DNA from: Bacteroidota bacterium
GTDB lineage: Bacteria > Bacteroidota > Bacteroidia > 2-12-FULL-35-15
Direction: 5' to 3'
DNA length: 64,000 nucleotides
NCBI GenBank assembly: GCA_947447995.1
Contig: CANFLQ010000001.1
Coordinates: forward strand, 25,372-89,371
The notes under the pieces were generated by a model. That model saw only the letters and a program-made list of their open reading frames with translations, was not told where the DNA came from and searched no databases. Positions 17,951 through 28,100 of this stretch are shown here, in pieces (the first letter of the stretch is position 1; each line of letters starts with the position of its first letter). The translations under genes and the position numbers were made by a program.

Positions 17951-19412
17951 CTATTTTTTCTCGATATTGAATTTAGAAAAGTCAGGATGTTTTGCCCATT
18001 TCCTGAAAACAAAATTGAAATCAGGGAAAATAACTCGATTTTTGCCATCTTTATCTTGATACCAGCTTTTGCAACCGCCTTTTACCCAAATGGTTTCTTT
18101 CAATTTTTCCTGAATCATATCGTTGTATGCTTTTTCTTCACTTTCTTTAATATCAATCGATTTCCATTTGTTTTTTTCGGCCTCTAAAATAATTTTAATT
18201 GCTAAAGCTACCTGAGACTCCATCAGGTGCAATGCAGATGTATGACCAACACCTGTATTTGGACCTAAAGTTAAAAATGCCTTTGGAAACCCTGGTATCA
18301 AAGAACCCAAATATGCGTGCATACCTCTAGAAAAAGTATCTAATATATTTGTTCCTTTAGAACCAATAATTTCAAACGGAACAAAATTTACTACGTTAAA
18401 ACCTGTACAATAAATGATAGCATCCAATTTTATTTCTTTACCCCCAGAAGTAATAATTCCATCTGCTGTAATTTCTTTTATTCCATCAAACTCTACCGAA
18501 ACATTTGGTTTTTCAAGTGCGGGATAATACGCGCTGGTAACCAATACACGTTTACAACCAAATCCGAAATTTGGAGTAAGTTTTTTACGTAACTCAGGAT
18601 TTTTTATTTTCTTTGCAAGATAATTTCTACTAAATTTTTCAGGATATTTCATTAAACCTGGAAATTTAGCAAAGGCAACCATACGCAATTCATTGCTCCA
18701 ATATAATTTCTCGCGATACAACCATTGAATTAAAGGTATTTGTAAAAACGTTCTTTCCCAAGCTTTAAAAGGTCTGTCAGGTCTAGGCATTACCCAATGT
18801 GGTGTACGTTGAAACACTGTCATGTGACCTACATTTTTAACAATTGCAGGGATAACTTGAACCGCACTTGCAGCAGTACCTATAACAGCAACTTTTTTCC
18901 CATTCAAATTAAAACCAGTATTCCATTTTGCAGAATGGAATTGAGTTCCTTTAAAAGTATCCATTCCTTTAATAGTTGGACATGCAGGATCTACTAATAC
19001 TCCAAAAGCTCCAAATAAATATTCGCATTCATATATCTCACCATTTTCAACAGTTATATACCAAGTTCCTAAAACATCCTGATAATGAGCGCTAACTACT
19101 TTTGAATTTACGTTTGTCTTTTCTCTTAATTTATGTTTATCTATTACAAAATTAGTGTATGCTAAAATTTCATCTTGCATTGCATACTTTCTGCTCCAAT
19201 TAAATGGTTCAAATGAATAACAATACAAATATGACATCACATCTACTGCAGCCCCCAGGGTATTTATTTACATACCAAGTTCCTCCCATCTTATCTTCTT
19301 TTTCAAGCATAATAAAATCTTCAATTCCACTTTGTCTTAAACGGATTGCTGCGCATATTCCGCTGAAGCCTGTACCTACAATTAGTACTTTGTATTTTGC
19401 TTTAATATTCAT
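17951..19412 (-). pseudogene. Flavin-dependent (Baeyer-Villiger type) monooxygenase split by a +1 frameshift in a G5 run
   Basis: The 67-aa ORF (19209-19412) carries the FAD fold VLIVGTGFSGI and GGTWYVNKYPG. The 429-aa ORF (17951-19240) carries SYLYCYSFEP and the BVMO fingerprint FKGTQFHSAKW. Deleting one G from GGGGG (19252-19256) gives a continuous ...KYPGAAVDVMSYLYCYSFEP... Confidence 0.85.
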
Positions 19413-19661
19413 AACCTAAGTATTAGTTTTTTACTGTAAATCTTATGTGAATTACTTTTGTAATAACACACCACGAGATTGTAAATAATAAATAACTCAA
19501 CGATTAACCTTGGTTACTTTCTGAAAATAATCTATTATTTTTATTTGAAACTAATATAAAAAAGCAACTTTTATTAGGAGTAAAAAAACGCATACTAACC
19601 ATTCAAAAAAAATGAATTTTCAATAAAATTAACGCGAGAAACTATGATTACGCAAAACAAC

Positions 19662-19883
19662 TTAGTGGCTTAATTTTTCAGAATTATCATCAGCTGTACT
19701 CATAAATATGAAAGCTAAAAAGCCAAAAACACACAAAAGAAAGTAAAAAACATATTGAATTCTACCTCCATCTATCAATGTATTATTTGCTAAAACAGGA
19801 TCGGGGTACTCGAGATATACCCAACGAAAAGGAAAAATAAAAACAAGTAAAAGGATAATAAAACCAATGGATTGCTTTTTCAT
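19662..19883 (-). CDS. Small two-TM membrane protein, hypothetical
   Basis: 73 aa with two hydrophobic helices (IGFIILLLVFIFPF, VFYFLLCVFGFLAFIF). There is no family recognition. Confidence 0.4.
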   Translation of the reverse strand: MKKQSIGFIILLLVFIFPFRWVYLEYPDPVLANNTLIDGGRIQYVFYFLLCVFGFLAFIFMSTADDNSEKLSH

Positions 19884-19947
19884 AATTGTATTTTTTAGTT
19901 AAAATAAATGTTATTTAACAAAAGTATTTTGAAAAAACAATCTGAAA

Positions 19948-19988
19948 TATGACGCTCATCAGGTTTAATTATGACGCTCATCAGGTTT
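19948..19988. repeat. Tandem direct repeat, 2 x 19 bp with 22-bp period
   Basis: TATGACGCTCATCAGGTTT occurs at 19948-19966 and again, identical, at 19970-19988. The pair lies 65-105 nt upstream of the small ORF start (19883) and downstream of the usp stop (20044). Confidence 0.9.
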
Positions 19989-20043
19989 TAAAACTATAAG
20001 AAAATTGGTAAGACTTGCTTAAAAAAAGAATCGAAATGAATAG

Positions 20044-20868
20044 TTAATTATGAATGGTTAATAAGGGGACATGTGTATGAAATGCCATTTTTTTGGTATT
20101 GGGCTCTTTAAACAATCGTAAAAAAAACGAATGCCTTTTAGGGAGCATTATAAGCATATCAGTTCCGTGTTTATCTACAAAATTGTTAATGCCTTCTGTT
20201 ATATCTTCATTTTTACTGAATGAAATGGTGTGATTAACTTTATCAAAAATATGTTCCAACAAAGCGCCTGACAGTTCTTTTTTATAGTTAGGTTTTTCAA
20301 CTGGGTTGATAATATTTATTAATTGTAACTGAGCTTTAAATAACTTTACAAATTCAATTAATTTTTCCAAACCATCTGATTCTTCAATATCATCATAATC
20401 ACACGCAAATGCAACTTTTTTAATTGGATGGAATTTCACATCATCATGAATTGTTATTGTTGGACAATCAATTGATTGTATCACCATTGAAACATTGCTA
20501 CCTATAAGCAACTCTGGAACTTTACCAGCACCTGTTATTCCCATCACAATTAAATCAATTTTTTTTTCTAAAACAATGTCATTTATTTCATCATTTATAA
20601 AACCTGGTCTTAAAATACTTGATATATTTACAGCTTTGCCATGTTTGGCAATTAATTTATGTTCGTACTTTTCTAATTGCTGTTTCTTAATTTGTTCAAA
20701 CTCCTCAAAATTATTAATTACAACCGGAATATCTGTAACAACAACTGGCACATCAAAAACATGTAATAATATAATCTGAGCATTTATAGTTTTCGCAAGT
20801 TCTATAGCGTATTCAGCAGCATTTTGTGCTGTTGGAGAAAAATCGGTAGGAACTAAAATGGTGTTCAT
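20044..20868 (-). CDS. Universal stress protein, tandem UspA domains
   Basis: 274 aa. Two Usp modules, each beginning (I)LVPTDFS / KVAFACDY and ending with a G-x2-G-x9-G(S/T)-like box (GITGAGKVPELLIGSNV). Confidence 0.88.
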   Translation of the reverse strand: MNTILVPTDFSPTAQNAAEYAIELAKTINAQIILLHVFDVPVVVTDIPVVINNFEEFEQIKKQQLEKYEHKLIAKHGKAVNISSILRPGFINDEINDIVLEKKIDLIVMGITGAGKVPELLIGSNVSMVIQSIDCPTITIHDDVKFHPIKKVAFACDYDDIEESDGLEKLIEFVKLFKAQLQLINIINPVEKPNYKKELSGALLEHIFDKVNHTISFSKNEDITEGINNFVDKHGTDMLIMLPKRHSFFLRLFKEPNTKKMAFHTHVPLLTIHN

Positions 20869-21083
20869 TTTTATTGATTTTTTTGATGTTGGTAACTATT
20901 TTTTTTATGGTTAACGCAACAAATTTAAAATTTTTATTGTTATATAGTAATGATTTATATCATGTTTTATAATGATTGCTATCAGTTGTATATAATAATA
21001 ACAATGAAGTAATATATGTATTATATTATTGGTATTTTACCTAAACAATATTATTAAAAACTGATAAAAAAGGGATGGAATTC

Positions 21084-22085
21084 TTAAAATTTAGGACACG
21101 GGATAAGTAATCCATATTTTTTACTTTTCTTTTTGAGTTTACAAAGCTGATATGACAATGTTACCTCTTGAGCTCCACTTGTTAACCCTTTTAATTTAGA
21201 AATTGTTAAATCGTAACTATAACCTATATTTAGTCTATTTGCCTGTACCCCTATAATTATAGCTACGGCATCGTCATTTCTATAACCAGGCTTGTAGGCT
21301 TTTAACAGAGGTATTCCTCTATACCATAATCCCAAATTAAAAATATATTGTGTATAATAAAAACCAACATCCAACTGATCGAATTTTTTTTGTCCACGGT
21401 AATTAAATGCAGGTGAGATATATCTTCTTTGAAAGGGATCATTTTCCCCATTATTAAGTGGGATTTTTGCCCCCCCATGCAAGCTATATTTAAGTGGCAT
21501 ATTGGTTTCTCCATTTACTAGAGATGTATTTGGCTGAGTAAGATGGTAAAAAGAAGTACCCAACCATAATTTTTCAGAAAATACCAATGCTCCAGCTCCC
21601 ACATCAAAGTATACTTTATTTTGGGTAGGTGTTTCCATTGATGGAACGTTACCCCCTCTTGCTATTTGATCTCCGAAATATAAATCATTAAAATTAATGC
21701 TTCGGATTCCAATACCCGGCTGAAAGCCAAAACGTATGCCAACTTTTCTGCTTATTTTTAATCCATAAGAAATCATTGGATTAATAATGGTAGTTTTTAA
21801 TTGTCCTGATCCGGCTACATCATTACCAAATAAGAATCCTACGCCTAAATTATATTTTTGAATATAGTGATCGCCCGAGAGTAAAAAAGATTTATATGCC
21901 GTTGTAATCCCAGGCCATTGATTTCTATAAGTCAACGAAATTCTTGAGCATACGTTTGATCCTACAAATGCAGGATTAAGATACAATGGTGATGCGTAGA
22001 ACTGTGTAAAATGCATATCCTGACCTTTTACAAGGTTAGAGCAAAAAATAAAAAAGAATAATGTTATTTTAAAATAGTTATTCAT
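21084..22085 (-). CDS. Type IX secretion system membrane protein, PorP/SprF family
   Basis: 333 aa. Signal peptide, then QDMHFTQFYASPLYLNPAFVG and RNQWPGI, the hallmark N-terminus of PorP/SprF beta-barrels. It sits 107 nt downstream of the type-B CTD adhesin. Confidence 0.9.
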   Translation of the reverse strand: MNNYFKITLFFFIFCSNLVKGQDMHFTQFYASPLYLNPAFVGSNVCSRISLTYRNQWPGITTAYKSFLLSGDHYIQKYNLGVGFLFGNDVAGSGQLKTTIINPMISYGLKISRKVGIRFGFQPGIGIRSINFNDLYFGDQIARGGNVPSMETPTQNKVYFDVGAGALVFSEKLWLGTSFYHLTQPNTSLVNGETNMPLKYSLHGGAKIPLNNGENDPFQRRYISPAFNYRGQKKFDQLDVGFYYTQYIFNLGLWYRGIPLLKAYKPGYRNDDAVAIIIGVQANRLNIGYSYDLTISKLKGLTSGAQEVTLSYQLCKLKKKSKKYGLLIPCPKF

Positions 22086-22192
22086 TTTGTTATATTAAAC
22101 CATTAATAATAGCATTATTTAAAAATTTTTCTAAATACAAACTTTGCAACATAAAGGTTCATATCTATTCGTTTTACTTGAATTTTATTTTT

Positions 22193-25100
22193 TTATCGTA
22201 AAAGCGTTATATCCCCTGTTTTATTAAATTCTTTGCCATTATTAAGTTTTAAATATGCTTTCCAAATATACACATCCTGTTGACATAATTGTCCTCTATA
22301 ATATCCATCCCAACCAATATTTATATCGTTTGATTCAAAAATAAGTTCACCCCAACGATTAAATATTTCCAATTTATATTTTAAAACACCTGAAGTGAAA
22401 GGAAAAAATACATCATTTGAAAAGTCGTTAGGGTCATAAATTCCACCATTTGGACCTTTTGTGTTAGGACTAAAAACATTTGGAAAAGAAAAATCAGTAT
22501 TTGTTGTTATTTGCCCATACGCAGTATCCGAACATGAATACTTTGATGTTGCTATTAATTGGATATTAAAAATACCTACCGATCTGTAGTCATGTACTGG
22601 ATTATAGTCGGTAGATGTTCCTCCATCGCCAAAATTCCAATTATAAATACTAGCACCAACAGTATTATTGGAAGGTTTTAATTTTTCAACAGGAATATTT
22701 AATACTGGCGTATTTACCTTAAAATCTGCAGTAGGATAGCTGTGTGCTTCAATAGTATATGATGCCGTTGCATTATTTGAGGAACATCCACCAACTGTAC
22801 CAATTGTTAAGTTTATAAAATAAGTACCTTCTCGATTAAAGGTATGTTTGGGATTTTGTTCAGAAGAAAATGTACCATCCCCAAAATTCCAATTCCATGA
22901 TATAATTGGATCAAATACATTACCTATAACCGATTTATCAAAAAATTGCAAAGAACCAGGAACACATAAAACATTCGTGTCGGAACCTATGCTAAGTATT
23001 GGTTGAGGATTAAAAGTAATATCAACGGAATCAACCGCATACGTATTACATACCGCACTATAAGCTGTTACAACATAAGTTGTAGGCTGTAAAGGGGTAA
23101 CTATAAATTCACCTGAACCTGAGCCTAATCCATTATCCCACTGATAAGTTAATGGTCCAGCACCTGCCAATGCTTTAGCGGATATAACGGAACTTCGTCC
23201 TTTACAAATAGGTGAAATTGCCATGGCATCAATACTTCCTGAACTTAAAAAATAAGCATGTGCACTAACTGTATCTGCTGTCCCTGGGCACCCTGTCTTA
23301 TCATACCCTACTACAATATATGTAGTGTCGCCAGTTGGAACAATATTTAAAATTCCTGCATTTATAACTCCTGTTGGTTGCCAAGCATAATAATAATTTC
23401 CAACACCTCCTTTTGCCACTGCTGTAAGTTTTGCAGTTTGACCTACACATACAGAATCATCTAATCCTGCTATGGTAATAACTTGAGACGGCTCTGTTAA
23501 TTTAACACTACTTTTAGTTTGGCATGCATGGGTATCTGTTACAGTAATTGTATAAGAACCTGTATATAAATTTTCAACGCTTCCAGATAATAATGAATCA
23601 TTACTCCAAGAATACTTATAAGGAATTGTTCCACCTGTAGCTATAACAGACGCTTTTCCTTTTAATCCATAACAAAGTGGATTAGTCTTACTACTTATTG
23701 AGGATAACAATACCGCTGGTTGAGTTATGTCAATTGAAATTTTTTGTACACAGCTATTATAATCTGTTACATTTACAGTATAAGTACCTGCAATTAAATT
23801 AGTAATAGCTGATATACTCTCTCCTGTAGGCAACCATAGATAGGAATAAGGGAAGGTTCCACCTGTTGGACTTACGGTTATAGAACCTGAACTGTCACCG
23901 TTACACAAAATATTTTTTTGAGAAACAACAGAAATACCTAATGCCAAAGGTTCTAAAACCGTTGCATTAACAATTGATATACATCCTAATGAATCAGATA
24001 CATTAACAGTATATGTACCCGAGTTTAAAAAAGTAGCTGTTAAATTATTACCACCAAATGGCAACCAATTAATGGTGTATGGTGGTAAACCTTTTGTTAT
24101 ACTAATTGTTGCGGAACCATCATTACCACCATAACAAGATACCGAATCTATTGATGAAACAATTACAGTTGATTTAGGAATATCTACTAATTGTTGTGTA
24201 AGTAATAATGTACAGTTATGTGAATCAGTAATTTGTAAAGTATAGGTTCCAGAACCTACTGAAGTTAGTTTTGAATTTGTTGTTGAACCAGGACTCCATA
24301 AATAAGTATAAGGTGGATTACCTCCCGATATTTGAGACGTTATTGAACCATTTGGTAATTCACAAGACTGGCTTACAAATAAAAGATTACCAATAATAGG
24401 AGTTGGTTCTGAAACCATTACTGAAGTATTTGTTTTACAGCCATTATTATCAGTTACTAAAATGAAATATTGTTGAGCACTCAATCCTGTAACACTTTTT
24501 GCAGTGCTAGCAATTGGACTCCAAGCATAGGAATAGTTAGCTGTACCGCCAACCGGATTTATAGTTGCTATTCCATCGGCACTTCCAAAACAACTAGTTA
24601 TACCATCAACACCTGTTGCGGAAAGTGGCGTAAGAGGTTGTGTTATGTTTACTGTAGCCGAAGTAGAACAGTTATTAATATCCGTTACTAATACAGTATA
24701 AGTATTTGCCAACAAACCTGCTGCCATATCACTATTACCTCCAATTGGTAACCATTGGTAACTATACACAGGTACACCTCCACTAACAACTACAGAAGCT
24801 TCACCGTTGCTACCCTGATAACAACTAACATTTTTAACAGGTGTAATATTGGCAGTTAATAAATTTGGTTGAGTTATTGTAAATGGAAATAATCTTGAAC
24901 AATTATTTGCATCTGATACTTGTAAAGTATATGTTGCAGCTGAAAGATTAGTTATGCTTGTACCTGTTGTACCGCTTGGTAGCCATAAATAAGTATAATT
25001 AGGAGTACCACCAGATGAATTTACCGTAGCGGCTCCATTACTTAAACCAAAACAACTTACCATAGTTTTAGAAATAACAGGCGCTATTATGGTTGATTGA

Positions 25101-28100
25101 TTAATAACTAATCCTTGTGTAAAACTTTTACAGCCATTAGCGTCTGTCACGCTAAACGTATATGTTCCTGCTGTTAAACCATTGGCAGATAAATTACTCC
25201 CACCCGATGGAGACCATAAATATATAAAAGAACCCGTTCCAGATGAGGATGTAGCCGTAGCATTTCCATCATTTCCACCGAAACAAGAAACATCTGTTTT
25301 TGAGCTAATTAATGCTGTAGGTCCAGGTTGGTCATTTATAGTAACTGAATTTGTAAGAGTGCAAAAATTCTTATCTGTAACTGTTATTGTATAACTACCA
25401 CTTAGTAACCCTGTTGCCGTTAAATTTGTTCCGCCAAAAGGAGACCATAGGTACTTATAAGCTCCTGTTCCTCCCAATGCTACTACCGTAGCTGTTCCAT
25501 TTGGTAAACTGCAATATGAATTTGAACTCCCTGTACTAAGTGTTATTAAGTTAGGTTGATTTACAGTTATTGTATTTGTTACAGAACATTGCTCTGCATC
25601 AACAACAGTAACAGTATAAGTACCATAAGAAAGATTTGAAACAATTGGTCCTGAATAATTTCCTGGCATCCAGCTATAACTATAATTTGCGGTTCCTCCT
25701 GATGCAAGAGCGGAAACAGAACCATCTGAACCACCAAAACAGGAAACTGAATCAAAAGAAACATTAACAGAAAGAGGAGATGTAGGTTGCATTATTGAAA
25801 AAGATTGTACTTTAATACAATTTTTAGCATCCTTTACTTCTACACTATATAATGCTGAAGAAAGATTGGTTATATTGCTGCCTATTGTTCCACTCGGTAG
25901 CCATTTATAAATATAACCTGGTGTTCCACCTATAGCAAAAACCGATGCTGAACCATCGTTTCCTGCAAAACAACTCACATTTGATGTTGATACTGATACA
26001 GAAATTAGCGGTGGTTCTAAAACATTCGAATTTGTTGTAATTGATGCTTTACAACCATTTGCATCTATTACACTAGCTGTATACGCACCAGCAACTAATC
26101 CTGTAGCTGTTGAACTGTTTCCTCCATAAGGCACCCAAGAATAAGTATATGGTGCTAAGCCTCCACTAAGTCCAATAGTTACTGCTCCGTCATTTCCTCC
26201 ATGACACGAAACATTATTAACCGATGTTATTGTTATTACTGGGGCAGTATTTTCACTAACATCCACTTGAGTTGAAGCGATACACCCCCCATTATCTGTC
26301 ACGGCTAAAGAATAAGTACCTGCTAACAATCCTGTTGCAGTTGTATTGGTATTACCTGATGGAAACCATTTATAGGAATATGGAGCATTTCCGCCAGAAG
26401 CTAAAACAACAGAAGCTAGGCCATTTGATTGCCCACAATCTGAATTTACACTAGTAGTGGTAAGTATAATCTGGGATGGTTGAGTTATATTATTTGAAGC
26501 CAATGCTTTACAACCATTTGCATCTCTTATTGCAACTGAATAGGTACCCGCTGCAAGTGGGGATATTATTTGCGTTGTCCCCCCCCCCGACAACCAAAAA
26601 TATGTATATGGAAATGTACCACCTGAAACAGATGCGTTGGCTGCACCAGTATATTCACCAAAACAGCTAACATTTGTTGTTAAAACAGAAACGGATATAG
26701 GAGCAATTGGTTGAGTTATAGTAATAGAATTTTGAGCCGTGCAATTTTTGGAATCAATAATAGTAAGACTATAAGTTCCTGAAGTTAAACCAGAAATTGA
26801 ATTTGTTGTAGCAGAACCTGTAGACCATAGATAAGAATAATTAGGAGTTCCTCCAAAAATTGAAGAAGAAACAGCTCCATTATTTCCACCAAAACAACTT
26901 ACGTTAATCTGACCTGAAAAGTTTATAGTTAATTTGGGTGGTTCGTTTATAATTGCAATAGAATTTGAAGTACACCCTTTTGAATCTGTTATAGTAACAC
27001 TATAGGTTCCTGCGGATAAATTTGTAATTGAACTTGTATTTTGCATACCAGGTTGCCACAAATAATTATAAGGAGCCGTACCTCCTGATGGCACTATATT
27101 AACGCTACCGTTATTTGAATAATCACAAGTTTCATTAACCGAACTTACTTTAGTGGTCAATAAAACAGGCTCTGTAATAGTTATTGAGTTTATTGCTATA
27201 CAACCATTTATATCAGTAACAGTTACAGTATAAGTACCTGCTGTTAAATTATTAATAGTTGCTGTTGTTGCACCTCCAGGTTGCCACAGATAAGAATAAC
27301 CAGCTGTACCTCCAACAGAACTAGCTGTTAACGCTCCATTATTACCTCCATAACAACTCACATTTGTTTTAGATGAAAAAATAACACCCAACAAACCTGG
27401 CTCTAAAATTACTGCTGTAGAATTTGCGATACATCCTTTAGCATCAGTAGCATAAACGGAATATGTTCCATTTGATAAATTATTAATACTATTTGTTGTT
27501 AATGCACCAGGTTGCCACAAAAAAGTATAACCAGCTACCCCGCCAAAAGGTATAGCAGTTGCTATACCATTATCAAGATAATTACAGGTTTCATCCGTTT
27601 TAGAAGTTGTTAATGAAAAAAGTGCAGGCTCTGTAATTATAATAGCACCTTTAGCTTTACATCCTCGTGTATCTGTAGTAGTTACAGAATAAGTTCCAGC
27701 AGTAATATTTGAAATAATATTTGACGTTTGACCTCCTGGCAACCAAACATAACTATATTTTGGTGTGCCTCCTGAAGTATTAGCTGTAACTGAACCATTA
27801 TTTCCCGAAAAACAATTTATATTTGTTTGACTTACAAAACCAACACTAAGAACAGCAGGTTCAACAATGGTTGAAAATGCTGTTGCCAAACAGCTATTGG
27901 CATCTGTAACATACAAAGTATAAGTTCCTGCAATCAAATTTGTTACGGTTGCCGAAGTTGCAAGTCCTGGCTTCCATAAATAAGTATAACCTGCTAATCC
28001 GCCACTAGTTATTGCTGTAACTGATCCATCTGCCAACCCATTACAGGATATATTAGTAGATGAAGTACTTGCATTTAATACTGTAGGTTGAGTAATTAAT

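Noticed and set aside
19948-19988. CUGAUGAG on the minus strand of each direct-repeat copy, reminiscent of the hammerhead ribozyme core
   Set aside because: There is no matching GAAA box, no stem II/III pairing and no cleavage-site context around either copy. The match is limited to 8 nt and is most simply coincidental.
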